A stretch of DNA of 64,000 nt from the human T2T-CHM13v2.0 reference genome, Homo sapiens (GCF_009914755.1 NC_060936.1), one strand, 5' to 3'. Positions 1 through 13,552 are shown, counted from the stretch's first letter. Notes: generated from the sequence alone by a model not told the origin. Made by a program: numbers and translations.

Positions 1-1429
1 CAAGTTACTCAAAGTTTATAATATCTTCAGTGATGTTCCATTACTACTGATAATGTCATTTAAGTGTGCAAAATGATAATTTATTCTTTTAAAATTTATG
101 AAATCAAAAGAGATATAGGAAGATGGTTGTATAATAAGATTACTATGTCCCTCGGGAAAATTCTCTTTAGCTCCTACGAAAGCAAAAAGGAATGTAATTT
201 ACTTTTTCACTTTTGGTAATGTATAATGTCCTATGTATTCTATTTTAAAACAAAGTAAATTTTAAAAACCTATTTCAAAATTGTAATTCTTATAAATTAC
301 TATGATTGTTGTTTTCTTTCTTTTCTTTCCTTCTCTTTTTTCTTAGAGAAATTTGACAAATAAAGGGGGAAAATAGACTCAGAGAACAAGAGCTATTAAT
401 AAAAGATAAAGTGAATTATTTGCAAACAAGCATCTACATCTTTTTCTCTGCTACAGTGTCTTGGAATCTCTTATCCTTTCACAGGTATCAATGTTATGAG
501 AATGTCATTAACTGCTGTTGAAATCAGAAGATTTTTAAACCAAGGACCTGATTGCTTGTGATTACTTTTTCCCTAGGCCTGCAAAAGAAAGGCGACATAA
601 CATTAGCAATAAAATTTGAAAATGGGGGAAATTGCTTATTTTAATCTTTTCATATATTGTTTTAATCTATGACTAAGTAAAAGAAAAACAAGTTCCAGAC
701 CATTTCAATGTTTTAAAATTATAACTACCTTTTTCTTTTCTCAAGGTGAAGTCACTAGAATTCCAAGCTCAGAATATAACAAAAAAGTAGATGAAAATGG
801 CTTAAAAATAATTAGCACTTTATGATTTTACAAAGCTCTTCCTCGTACATTCTCACATGTGATTTCAGTAATCCTTTAAGATAGCAAAATGGAGGCTTAA
901 AGGGAGTAAGTGATTTGCTCAGGGCCACAGAAATAGCAGAGTGGCCCAGACAAAAATCTAGCTCTTCAGATGCTTTTTCAAATGTACCAAGAGGAAGACA
1001 GTTGTCCCTGGTTTCAAGCTATCATTCAAAACTTTGGGATTCAGGACTCCTCTGAATCAAAAATCATGGAATTCTAGATACAGAGGAATACAGATAGGTT
1101 ATCTAATTCAAATCACTCAATTTACAGATGAAAAACCTGAATACCTGAATGTATTCACTCAACTAAATATGTTTGACTTGTTAGAAAAACCCAAAAAAAG
1201 TTCTTTAATTACAGTCCATATGTTAGTTTTTCTTCTCCAATGTTGTCATTACTTAACTGTATGTGAATCAGTAAGACTAGCATGTCACAATGATGTAATT
1301 TCTTTCTTTAATATGCCGTTGATGTTGAACTTTTTTTCTTTCCAGGAAGAGAGTTCTCAGCCAAGAGATGTTAACTTTTGTCAACAGCTCCCATATTTGA
1401 ACTTCTCCACGTTTCAGGGCAACACCCAA

Positions 1430-2052
1430 TAGTTATCTCAAAGCTTCTGCAAGTTAAAAGTTCTGGCACAGCATAGCTCAGAATCTCACAAGGCTGTATC
1501 AAGAGGCTGTCTGGGCTGCATACTCATTTGGGGGCGGGTGTACTCTTCCAAGCTTATTCAGATTGTTGTCAGAATTTTGTTCCTTGAAGTTCCTGTATTC
1601 TTGCTAGCTGTCAGCTTGATGTTACTTTCAGTTCCTAGAGGCCACTCTTCGGTCTTAACCACCTGGGCCTCTCACAATATGGCAGCTTACTCCTTCAAAG
1701 CCAGCAGGGGATCTTACTAAATTTGAATGTCTCTGACATTTTCTGTATCTGACCTCTAGACTCTTTTTTAAAGGGATCACCTGATTAGGACAGGTATACC
1801 CTTGATAATCTCCTTTTTTATTAAGTTAAACTCAACTGATTAGGAGCCTTAGTTACTTCGGCAAAATCCCTTCACCTTTGCCAGGTAATGTAACCTAATT
1901 ACAGAAATATCCCTTCCCATTGACAGCCCTCAACCATGCTGAAGGGAAAGAGATTATATCAGCTGAGTACAGTAGGACTGGGAAGAAATTATATAGCCTG
2001 TGTACACTAGGATTGGGAAACCTTGAGGCTATCTTAGAAATCTGCCTACCAC
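1430..2052 (-). mobile_element. MaLR LTR (MLT1E/F-like)
   Basis: Typical terminus ...ATCTTAGAAATCTGCCTACCACA and internal MLT1 motifs. Confidence 0.7.
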
Positions 2053-2111
2053 AAGTCTTTGTAATTGCAAATCATGCTTTTCTCAGTCATCTTTACAGGA
2101 TAAGAATAAAT

Positions 2112-2540
2112 GTATGTCACTTGCAACTACATGGATGAAACTGGAGGACATTCTGTTAAGTGAAATAAGTCAGGCAAAGCAAGACAAATATCATATGTGA
2201 AAGCTAAGGAAATTAATATCTTGAAGGTAGTGAGTAGAATGGTGGATATCAGAGGCTAGTGGGGAGGGAGGAATGAAGAAAGCTTGGTGCAAAAATACAG
2301 TTAGGTGGAATAAGTTCTAGTGTTTGACAGCGCAGTAGAATGACTATAGTTAATAAGAATTTACTGCATATTTAAAAATAGCTAGAAGAGAAGATTTAGA
2401 ATGTTCCCAATACAAAGAAATAATAAATACTTGAGTGTTGGATATCTCAGTTAACCTGATTTGATCATTACACTTTGTGTGCAAGTATCAGTATCCCATA
2501 AATGGTCACAGCTGCTATGTATCAACAAAAAATAATAAAA
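2112..2540 (+). mobile_element. L1MA-type 3' end
   Basis: ACATGGATGAAACTGGAGGACATT...AAAATAGCTAGAAGAGAAGATTT... with A-rich end. Confidence 0.8.
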
Positions 2541-2597
2541 CACTTTAAAAAGGGTTTTTTAAATTATCTTTATCACTTGTTCTCTTCTATTAAGGAT

Positions 2598-2668
2598 GTT
2601 ATCTGCAAACCTGCATATACTGCACATATACCCCTGAACTTAAAAGCTGAAGAAAAATAAAAATAAAT
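2598..2668 (+). mobile_element. short old L1PA/L1PB 3' terminal fragment
   Basis: AAACCTGCATATACTGCACATATACCCCTGAACTTAAAAG plus A tail. Confidence 0.65.
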
Positions 2669-2814
2669 AGCCATCACCATACCCACCCTCACCCCCCAAA
2701 GAAAGGATGTCACATTGCTCAAATGAAGAGAATAAGCCTGTTTCAGGCTTCCATCTACATAGCTCATACATAATTTGTGGTACTCAAATTTGTATTATTT
2801 GGCATCCTGACATT

Positions 2815-3137
2815 AATGGAGTTGGAAGCCATTATCCTCAGCAAACCAACGCAGGAACAGAAAACCAAAGACAGCATGTTTTCACTTATAAGTGGGAGCT
2901 GAATGATGAGAACATATGGGAAGATGGCGGGGAAGGACACTCACTGGGGCATGTTGGAGGCAGGTGTTGGAGAAGGGAGAGCATCAGGAAGACTAACTAA
3001 TGGATGCTGGCCTTAAAACCTAGGTGATGGATGATCTGTGCAGCAAACCACCACCATGGCACACATTTACCTATGTAAGAAATTTGCACATCCTGCACAT
3101 GTAACCCTCAACTTAAAAGTTGAAGAAAAAAAAAAAA
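2815..3137 (+). mobile_element. old L1PA (PA15/16-like) 3' end with poly(A)
   Basis: GCCATTATCCTCAGCAAAC...CACTTATAAGTGGGAGCT...CTGCACATGTAACCCTCAACTTAAAAG plus A tail. Confidence 0.8.
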
Positions 3138-4794
3138 GTACATCCACCTTTGCCCTGTACTTTCATTCTTATAGCTGCTAAGACAGAGCTTTAGTCTATT
3201 TCTAAATCAGCCCATGCATCTCTCACAAGCTACTGATAAGTCAATTCATCAAGGATCATCAACTGGGAAACCTTTTCAATTTAAAATTAATCAAAACATT
3301 CTATGCTAGCTGTTGGCAACTGGGAGCTTAGAAAGAGCTAGCCTTTTACATCCTTTCTTAACACTTAAGTGAATATGCCTCAACCAAGTTCAAGCTTCCT
3401 CTCTGATAGGCTGCAACCGCAAGGCTACTATTCTATAAGATCACAACTTGGCCTTGTTCCCCATGTGCCAGCTGTTTCCTTCTAAGCCCCCAAAGCACCA
3501 GTTCAGGGCTGTCTAACTTCCTGATGGGAACCAACTTTAACAAGGTATAATTATTATAACCAGAGAGCCAGATAGAATTCTGAGAAAAGCAAATCTGGCA
3601 ATTGTAAAATATTTTCAGAGATCCCAGATCAAACAGAAATCCATTTTATGATCAAACTCAAATACTCTATAATTACTATTATATACCCTCATGGTAATAA
3701 TTACCATCCCTTTGAATATTGGCATAGATACAATTTTAATATTTGCCTATGAAATTATTTACTAGTTCTACTCCATAATCACAATTTACGTCTTCTCCCT
3801 TTCACTATATCAATAGAAAAAATTCAGAAGTCAAACTAGAAATAAGCATTTTTCTTCAAGATTGTATTAGATTAGTTAAATCCAAGTCAATTATAGTTCT
3901 AAAATTACTTGGTTCTGCATTTCTATGTCTGATATAGAGATATAGAAGAATCACATCAGAGTAGAGTGGTTCTGAGAGCTAATCTAAAGATACAATTGAA
4001 ATTATCTTACAACAATTTAAATGGAAAATAGAACTACACATGAATCATTTCTTCTTCCAGATTTGGGCCTGTAAACTACACTTTCCACTACTCCATAGTT
4101 CCTCATTTCTCACAAACAAAAGGAAAAAACAAAAGTGGGTATAAAGAATATTATATTCTTCACTAAAGCACTTCCTATTTTTCATACTGTCACAAACTCA
4201 GCTTTCCTCACCAGAGAAATCCATGCCAATGATTGCCATCTTTATTAAAATTCTGTATAATTACATGTCCTTTTGGAAATATAAACATTCTAAATTAGGA
4301 TTTAGAGGGTAAAATTTAAAACTAATTTTCAACAGAAAGTTTATAATAATAAAGGAGTTTCACAAAATGCAAAAATAGATTTGAATCAGGATGCAAAAAA
4401 ATTCACAAAGTCATTACTGCAATACTCTTCATGTTATTGGAATAGCGAATTACTTCCAAACCTTTGGAATTCAAGTTTGCATAAAAATCGGCTCCTTGAT
4501 TTGATCTTAAAACACTGTATAGATTTCTTCACCAATGAAACTTCATTTGTACTTTCTTTTCACTGGCCATCAAGGTAAAAATCAGTTTAAAAAGGTTTTT
4601 TCCAACACAATCTATTTCATGGCATGTCATTTCTTCATCTTCTGATTTTTTTCATATTTAGTATAATACTTTATCCTTCCCAACAAAAAAGTCATTTTAA
4701 ACAGAGTAATTTCCTTCATATGAATTTTGATTTAATTTAAGTTAAATACTGTTCTTCACAGTTCTAACTTTTTTTTTTCAAACTGGCTCCTTAA

Positions 4795-4865
4795 TTTACA
4801 ATCACGGTGTATTTTTTATACCATGTATTTTTTACACCGTGTATTTTTTACACAGTGATTGTAAA
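4795..4865. repeat. inverted repeat enclosing 3 x 16-bp tandem units
   Basis: TTTACAATCACGGTGTA...TACACAGTGATTGTAAA with (TGTATTTTTTACACCG)x3, imperfect. Confidence 0.8.
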
Positions 4866-6059
4866 ATATTTAAGTTTGTTATTTTTTTAAATAACAAACT
4901 TGAACATTCTGGATCATTAATTAAACTTGATCGGAATTATTGAATTTACTAAATATGTGGCTAAAATGTCATAAAATGAATGCTGATATATAAAACTCAT
5001 TTTCAAATGTTCTTAGGTAAAGTAATTGAATGGGCATCTTAATCACTCTTGGTATTCTCTATGACACATAGATTCCCCTATGAATATAAAATAGTAGCAA
5101 ATGCCTATTTTACCTTGCCTCTCTTCACCTATGAGAGAGATGGAAATGTTGCAGTCATATTATATAGTCTGAAAATGTTCCATATGTAACACATGAATTT
5201 TATTTGACATAGAGCACATATTGTCTCTGATCCACTCCTTTTCAGATATCAAAGTGGTCATTTAATCCAGGCTTTACTTGGAGTTCAAAAGTCCTTCCAT
5301 TCCCCAACTACTGGTACTTATTAAAATGTGTCTTCTGAGTTGTAAGAAGAAATGGAGTCTATTTCTGGTAGAAACTCCCCAAAGTTATGTTATTCATACA
5401 AAATAGACTCAAAAGAAGTCTCCCATTAGAGTTGCCAACATATTTCATTACATGTTCTATTGAATTAACCATGGTTTTAACGCATGTGTTTATCTGAGCA
5501 AACATCTATTTATCTGACATGGTTGAAAGGATAGCAAAAAACAAAAAGGCTAAGAGAAAGCAGTTAATACAACAAGAATTCCTCCAAGCTGGTGATAGCA
5601 ATAATAAACACGTGCAGAGAACAGAGAAACTGTAGTGTCCAGATGCCAAGGAATCTGCTTCCTGCCTGCTCTATAGAACTTCCAAAGAAAAAACAGGAGG
5701 GGACAGCTAGGCAAGAGAGAAGCAGAAGACAGCCTGTGTACCTGAAGGATCAATGCAGACCACAACAGTAAACTTCCAAAAGCACCCCTAAGACAAAATC
5801 TCTCAGTCACACTGAACCAGGATTAGAATGAGGTGAGAGAGGCATTAGCCTCCAGCCCAAACTGTGATTGCGGGTCTGCTTTATCTAAAAAAAATTCTAG
5901 GACATGCCTTTCAAGCTTCTTATCCCAAATGGATTAAATAAGTAGAAAGTGGTTAAATGTGTAAGTTAAAATGAGATAAATATCATTAGGGAATGGCAAA
6001 TAAGTTCCTATGGGAGCTCAAGAAAGTAGAGATTATATATGTGGGGAATTACATTAAAG

Positions 6060-6445
6060 ATTGCATCATTGGTACTATTCTCTACATAGCTCCAATCCCC
6101 ATCTTGCCCAGGACATGACAGAATTGTACATTTGGTTTTAGTTGATGGGTACAAGGGACTATTTCTGGTCAATGAATTGCAAGCAGCAGTCATGTTTGCC
6201 ACTTTCAGGCTACAGCATTTAATTGCTAAAGTGAGACTGCAGAGCTCTCTTTTTTCCCCTCTGGCATAGTAAGGAGTTAAGTTTGAAACAGTAGTCTCTG
6301 AAGAGCTGTAATTAATAAGCCTTCTCTGCTGTCCCACAAAACACATGTAGTAAAAGCAGGAAATAAAACTTTCTTATCTTAGGCCACTAATACTTTGGAG
6401 TTTCATTTCACTGCAGCATAACGCAACCTATCCTAACTGAAATAA
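6060..6445 (+). mobile_element. MaLR LTR (MLT1I/J-like)
   Basis: ...AAATAAAACTTTC...CTGCAGCATAAC...CTATCCTAACTGAAATA end motif. Confidence 0.6.
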
Positions 6446-6479
6446 CATCAAAGTCAAGTATTCAATAATAGTTTAAGAA

Positions 6480-6645
6480 CAGGGTTGCCAGGTAATTATG
6501 GGATGTCCAGTTAAATCTGAATTTCAGGTAAATAGTGAAAACAATAGCATAACATTCAATATTTGGAACATACTTATCCTAAAAAATGATTTATTATTTA
6601 TCTGAAATTCAAATTTAACTGGATGTACTATATTTTTGTTTGCAG
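6480..6645. mobile_element. MER53 palindromic hAT MITE
   Basis: AGGGTTGCCAG...CCAGTTAAATCTGAATTTCAG...CTGAAATTCAAATTTAACTGG. Confidence 0.8.
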
Positions 6646-6929
6646 TGGTATCTGAGGTAGATTTTAAATTATTAGTAGAATTTGACAGATGAAAAAGGCA
6701 AGCAAATGCTCAGGCAATGGGCCAAAGACCAAAAAGTACAGAAGAATGTTCAAAGATCAGGAAGTGTAACTTAACTGAAACACTGTGTGCCTGGAATGGC
6801 AGGTACCTGTACATTTAGCTATTTCCTATGGTTCCATCCTGGTATATATTCTCATTACTCTACATATTGCCCTAAGCACTGTCATCCACTCCAGCCCTTC
6901 TTCTCTCCTGAGCTGAAATGGGGACTAGA

Positions 6930-7280
6930 GAGGCAGTTTGGGCTTAACTCACCTCCACAACGTCCTCCCTGGTGTGGGCTACTATCTTAAAACAGAAGCC
7001 AGATCATGCCATTCCTCTGCTCAAAACCTTTCCATGGCTTCCACCTAAATCAGAGTAAAAGTTGAAGTCCTTGCAATGGACTACAAGCCCTGTAAGATCT
7101 AGTGCCCTACACATTTTCCGATTTAATTCACTACTCTTCCCCTCTGCTCACCCTGTACCAGCCAAATGGCCTCACAGTTCCTCAAATGAACTAGACACTC
7201 TCCCAGCATGGAAATTTTGTTGTGGTTCTTCTCTCCACCTGAAAATTCTCTACCCCTAGTCTTCTATGATTGAACTTCAT
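6930..7280. mobile_element. L2 fragment
   Basis: AGATCATGCCATTCCTCTGCTCAAAACCTTTCCATGGCTTCC L2 motif. Confidence 0.65.
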
Positions 7281-7665
7281 TTTTTCTCTCCTTCAGTTAA
7301 TAATACATGTCTGCCACCTAAGCTTAAGAACATATAGAATAATTCATTTCTAATGATATTGTAATTTATGTAATCTCTTTGGAGGTGAATATAGCATTAT
7401 TATTAAAGGCCATTAAAATATCTGTGACCTTTGAAACAGTAATCCAGGTCCTGGGAATTTGACCAACAAAAAAACCTCAAAAAGAGAGCATATGTGTATT
7501 TTCAAATATGCTCTTATCATCAACATTTCAATAGCGTTCTCAATAATTTAATTTATAGTAGTAAAAAACAGAAATATATGAATGGACTATTGCGTCTCGT
7601 TAAAATGTATAAAGAAGAAGACTGTGTCAACATGAAACTGGTAAGTGAAGTGATGCTGCAAGTTT

Positions 7666-7702
<37 letters not shown>
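7666..7702. repeat. (TA)n(CA)n microsatellite
   Basis: direct reading. Confidence 0.9.
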
Positions 7703-7703
<1 letters not shown>

Positions 7704-10249
7704 GTACTTCAACTCTGTATATTGGAAAATGGGAAGAAATAAAGCAATTGTTTTAGGGAGTGTTAGTTTGCTAAGGCTGCAATAACAAAATACTAGATAA
7801 TTAGTGAAATAAAGTGAAACTTAATGGGAAGATTTACGTTAATGAATTTAATAAAATCTGATCCATTCCCTCTACTTCTCAGCAAAAAGAACAATGAAGA
7901 AAGTAATGCTATTTTTATGAACAAACACAGGGTTCAGGAAATATAACTAAAATTCTGTATAAATTAGTGTAGAATCCCAATAGTTTTAAATTGTTTAAGT
8001 AAAAGGTACATTTTTCTAGGAATTTCTGAATTGGAAGGAACTTTTGGAATTGTGTCAGGTAAGATGCTTTCAGCCACAATAAACAAGAACTACTGACTCA
8101 AAGTAGGTTAAAATATGATTTTTTTTCAAATTTTATGAAAATCAGAGGATAAAGGAGCTGTTAGACTGATTAACCTATCGGCTCAGCTAGGTCAGCAAGT
8201 GGCCAGTTCATTCAATTGTTCTTCTCTAACACTCTGTGCTTATTTCATCCTTAGTCAAACAATAGTCTTAGTTATTACATCCAGATATAATATCATACAC
8301 AGAAAGAAAATTAAGTTCTCTTCTTGAGAACTTTAGAAGAATGATTTCTTCAAAAATTTTCATGGATTCTTGGCCTAAAATTTTATTGTTTAAATTGAAC
8401 AATTTACCTACAAGAGAAATGGGATTTTTCTTGGACCAATCAGGCCTACCATTGTATGTGGGTTGGGATGAGCATAATTTAAGACATACATCTGTGTAAA
8501 AAGAATGGTGGAAACTTCAACAAAGTTGGAGATTCTCTTAAAAAGAAGAAAAGTGGAAAATAATAACAATCTTCCTTACTTTACTTATTAACACCCAACA
8601 GATGATATTTAGAGACATCAAATACCTTGTCCAATAATTTGAGTGGCCAGGCCTACCATTGATGCCTCTCTCTTTTTGAATATGGAATGGCCAGTGAGAA
8701 TATTGGTTAATCCTCTCAACTTGCACATTATAATTTACACCCAGGAAAATACTGAAGGCATGTCCTGGCATGAAATACTAATGAAATAGTCAAGAGACTC
8801 TTCTACTTTCATCACAACCAGTGAGTCATTGTCTGACTCACAGTAAGACATGTACATCTGTGCTTAGTAATACAATTCCACTGTACCAAAGAAATTAGCA
8901 CTGATGCATAGATTTACTAGCTGTCATTAGAAAATAGACCTGTTATAATATAAATAAGGTGGGTAAGAATCAGACTGGAAAGCTGGATGTGAATCAAATT
9001 TATTGATTCACACAGATGGCAATATGATTTTTGAAGCTCTTAATATAATTGACTTCAAATCCATTTATCAGTCACTATTGATGCTGAAGGCAGTGTGTAA
9101 AGTTTGTTTCTTAAAATTGTGTTTTGTTTACTATTAACAATTTTGCAAAGACTTCATTGTAGATTGAAACATACCCTAGATTTGGAGTCAAAACCCCAAA
9201 TTTGGAAACTGGATTTGTAGCTTACCAACTGTGTAAACTACAACTATTCAGATCCTTGTAACCCTCAAATGGGGATTAAATCAAAACAATAACAAAAGTA
9301 CACCCCCAATTTTTAAAAATTTGCAGGAGTGCAGTGAAGAGAAATGAGATAATACACATGAAAACATTCAAAACATAGATTAGCACAAAATACTTCTGTC
9401 TTTGATACAGAAAAATCCATGCTTGCCAGCGTGGAGCAAGTAGTTCAGGGTTAAGATTGCCATTTTGTAATGGTGCAAGTATTTAAGCCCTCCTTGTTCA
9501 AAGAGGTGGGGGAATCATGCATAGAAAAGTTTTGGGACCCATGAGCTAATAAATCAGGTAATAACTACCCAGTAGATGACTGTTCTATCTTTGAGCTTGA
9601 ATGTTTTTTCCCTATAGAAAACAAACAAACAAACAAACAAAACAGTAGAAGGAAATCTCCTTTCAAGGTTCATAGGAAAAACAGAAACATACTAAAAGAA
9701 AAAAGATAATGAAATAAAAGTTAAATCTGATGATTCTAAAAAAGTTTCACCCACATGTTCCAAAAATATTTGATACATATAAAACTATGTAATTAAACAG
9801 TTCAAATCCAAGTTTGAATCAGAACACTAGTAAAAATTAGGCTTTCTGCAGGAAATGATACAGTATTTTATTTGTCTTTAAACATTCAGAGGGCGAAATT
9901 TTTTTTAACTGAAAATCAATTGCACCTTGGAAAGAGACTATCATCTTCATCAATCTCAATTTTCTTTTCTTTGTTTTTCATTTTGGCAAAAATATATAAG
10001 GAGTGAGTTTGATAGATACTGAAAGAAGTATGCCTTAAATCAGTTAACAAAAAAGAAATGAACAAAGTCTTTTGAAAAATCTCATGTGATTGGATATCAA
10101 TTCTTATTATATGAGAAAAATAAACTCAACATGTTTTTTTATTTCCGAAACCTACTGATGTATTTTGGCTAATTTATGCATGTTAGACTCCATATTTTCA
10201 TGAAAACAAAGTTATAGAATGAAGGCATCTATCTGTGTTTTATAAAAGA

Positions 10250-10427
10250 TAGTTTTATATCTTTTATAAAAACTATAAAAGATATAAAACTACTTTTATA
10301 TCTTTTATAAAAACTATAAAAGATATAAAACTACTTGTATATCTTTTATAAAAACTATAAAAGATATAAAACTAGTTTTATATCTTTTATAAAAACTATA
10401 AAAGATATAAAACTACTTTTATATCTT
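10250..10427. repeat. 41-bp AT-rich palindromic minisatellite, about 4.3 copies
   Basis: ATCTTTTATA recurs at 10259, 10300, 10341 and 10382, with a partial at 10423. Confidence 0.92.
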
Positions 10428-12319
10428 GGAAATAATATGTCATGGAAAAATATATTAACTATTGATTTTTCTAATGATATTTCTGCTACTATTTCACTGA
10501 CACACAGTCTCTTCAACTTAGCATTCCGTACAATTCTAAAGCTACAAATTGCACTGTATCTTAATCATCTAAAAAAGCATTTACTGAATATCATCTATTT
10601 GTAGACTGTGTGCTAAACATGAAAAATAGAAAATTACATAAAGCCATAAGTTAACAACACCAAAATTTATTATTTTCTTTCCTATGTTGTTCTTTATTAT
10701 CAAAGGAATATATTGTCAACATAGTAATTTTAAATATAGACATTTCAAAGTGTTAAATGCTCAATGTTTTGTATGTTAATAATTTGGCACATATCTATCC
10801 TACTTTTAAACAATAATTATGTCATATAGTTAGTATCACACCATTTTCTGCTTCTAACACTACAAATTTTATGAGAAGACTACATCTGGTTTTGTTAATT
10901 CTGTATAAATCAAATTTTTATCACATACTAAGACCTCAAAAATGTTTGTTGAATGGGTACCATTAGTTTCTAAATATATGAAGCCTCCTATTAGATTTGT
11001 GTAAAAAGTATGTCTTTTTATCACCAATCATTTCTGATATAAGGAAAACAAATGAATTTGATATGCACAATTTATTGTGAAACACTTTTAGTTCCAATCA
11101 AGTTTTATTGTTTTTTCTTTTAATTTCATGGTGCGTACACTGTGTATTCCTTATGATGTATATTGATTTTATTTGTTTCAATAATCATTTTCTAATATTA
11201 AATTATGTCTAACAGGTTAAATCCTACCTGATTTTGGTAGATCAATATTTTAATAAATTCTTGAATTCAATTTGCAAGTATTCCATTTAGTAATATAGCA
11301 TACTATATTTATAAGTGAGTTTGCTATATAATTTTTACTGTCAGACTCAAGACAAGTAGATTTTCATAAAATTTACTTAATAGCTTTTAGAAAGAATCTT
11401 TTCCTACAGTGTGAAATAAATGATACATATTTAAAGTTATCCTTCTTTGATATTTAAAAGAACCCACTATAAAACTAAGTAGGTTAAAAGAATTCTTGGT
11501 GTAATTTTTGGTAACTTTCAATGTCTTCCATAGTTAGCATTTTTGATAACTTATACCTTTTCCAAAAAAATCAATTTCTTCACAACTTTCTGATTTACTC
11601 ACACATAGTAGAAAGTAGAATTGTTCTCAAACTTTTTGTCCTTCTAACATGTTGAGTAAAGTGTTCAAAATAAATACTTAAAAGAGAGTCTCAATGGACA
11701 ATCTTCAATCTCTAAGCAGAGAAAAGTAAGAAGCTTGACAAACTAGTTTCTAGGATTCTCATGGAAATGGAAGAAAAAAACTAAAAGGTCAATTCATTTA
11801 AAATGCAACTTAGTTAGATTCCAGGTACAAGGTTGAGAACTTCGTTGAAATGAAAGGAAAAAAAACAGTAATTTTCCATTCTTATTTTAATAATTAACTC
11901 TTGTCACAAAATAAACTGCTTTCCAACTTCTAATATTATCTTTTGGCTTTTTTCAATGCTTAAATCATCATTTTTTAAAAACTTTCTGTCTGTGTAAGAC
12001 ATATCTGCATATCTACAGCCATGAAGACAGTATCAGTTCTAAGCAATATTGCAGAGTAGCAAAAGTTATACTTATTACTTTTAGCTTTGCCTTTGATTTC
12101 TTCCTCCTACTACTAAGTATACCGCACCTTCCCCTTCAAGGCTGCTGAGGGTTCCCTAATGGACAGTGTCTACTGCCTGACCTTCCTCCAACAGCCTCTC
12201 ATTTTCTCAACCTTTTTATTCAAACTAGTTCATTAAAGCTCTCCCTTCTATAGAAAACTAATAAGAGTATAATGTCCAAAATTGCCGATTTGGCAACCTC
12301 ACAGATATGAACTCAAATT

Positions 12320-12547
12320 CTCCTCAATGATTTTCCAGCTATGTGAACATGTGTATTTAAATTAACCTCAACAGATCTCAATTTCTTCATTTATAAAATG
12401 AGGATCACTGTGCCAATGTCACAGTTTTACCACAATAATTAACAATAATAAGCCTGTGAAAGCATAGGTATAAGTGCTTCACATCTCTTCAATCATTTAA
12501 TCATTACTACCAGTCTACTAGGGAAACATTATTACTATTAATATCTT

Positions 12548-12589
<42 letters not shown>

Positions 12590-12795
12590 TAGAGACAAGG
12601 CTTCACCATGTTGGCCAGGATGGTCTCAATCTCCTGAACTCATGATCTGCCCGCCTCAGCCATTTTTAGATGAGAGAACTGAGGGAAAGAGAGGGAAAGG
12701 TGCATGTCCAGAGGCACATAGGTAGTTAAGTGATAGAGCTGGAATTTCCACCCAGGTAGTCTGACTTTCAAAGCCCTGCCCTGTCCACTCCATGA
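12320..12795. mobile_element. MIR fragments (one interrupted by an Alu fragment)
   Basis: MIR core CTCAATTTCTTCATTTATAAAATG and CATTTTTAGATGAGAGAACTGAGG. Confidence 0.65.
12550..12661 (-). mobile_element. Alu left-monomer fragment with A39 tail
   Basis: T39 then GTAGAGACAAGGCTTCACCATGTTGGCCAGGATGGTCTC...CCCGCCTCAGCC. Confidence 0.85.
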
Positions 12796-12877
12796 CAACT
12801 GCCTCTGCATGAATGCTTCAACAAGGTAATATGTATAAAGTGCATACCCTGCTTGTCACTTAGAAAGCACTGACTAT

Positions 12878-13195
12878 GGCCGGGGGTGGTGGCTCACGCC
12901 TGTAATCCAGCACTTTGGGAGGCCGAGGGGGGCAGATCACAAGATCAGGAGATGGAGACCATCCTGGTTAACACGGTGAAACCCCATCTCTACTAAAAAT
13001 ACAAAAATTAGCGGGGCGTGGTGGCGGGTGCCTGTAGTCCCAGCTACTTGGGAGGCTGAGGCAGGAGAATGGCGTGAACCTGGGAGGCGGAGCTTAGTGA
13101 GCCCAGATCGCGCCACTGCACTCTAGCCTGGGCGACAGAGCGAGATTCCGTCTCAAAAAAAAAAAAAAAAACAAAAAAAACAAAAAAAAACAAAC
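12878..13195 (+). mobile_element. AluY-type, full length
   Basis: GGAGAATGGCGTGAACC diagnostic; TSD AGAAAGCACTGACT at 12862-12875 and 13196-13209. Confidence 0.92.
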
Positions 13196-13227
13196 AGAAA
13201 GCACTGACTGACTCTATGATACTCTCT

Positions 13228-13552
13228 AAGGTTTTCAGTCTCTTACTCAAAACCTTGAGGGCCAGATGTATTTCAGAATTCTGAATTTTTTAGATTTTTA
13301 GAAAGGCAATATGGCATCCTGAACATGTGCATATGTTATGTTAACACCTCCAGCAGGGTTTGGGGCCGCACCCCATAATCAAGCACGTTAATATTTCTGT
13401 AGCAATCAAAACATTCACACTAAGTGGGATAAATAAAGAAAACTATAAACAGCCTCACCTCACTTCAGTTTTGCTGCAAATTAGTTACCAAAATTCTGCT
13501 ATTCCTAGAGCTTTTTCAGTTTTGGAATTGAGGACAAGAGATTGCGGGCTGT
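13228..13552. mobile_element. MER46C-like (TcMar-Tigger)
   Basis: CACCCCATAATCAAGCACGTTAATATTTCTG...CACACTAAGTGGGATAAATAAAG. Confidence 0.7.

Noticed and set aside
10250-10427. CRISPR-like palindromic repeats
   Set aside because: No unique spacers, no cas genes, eukaryotic context; a tandem minisatellite
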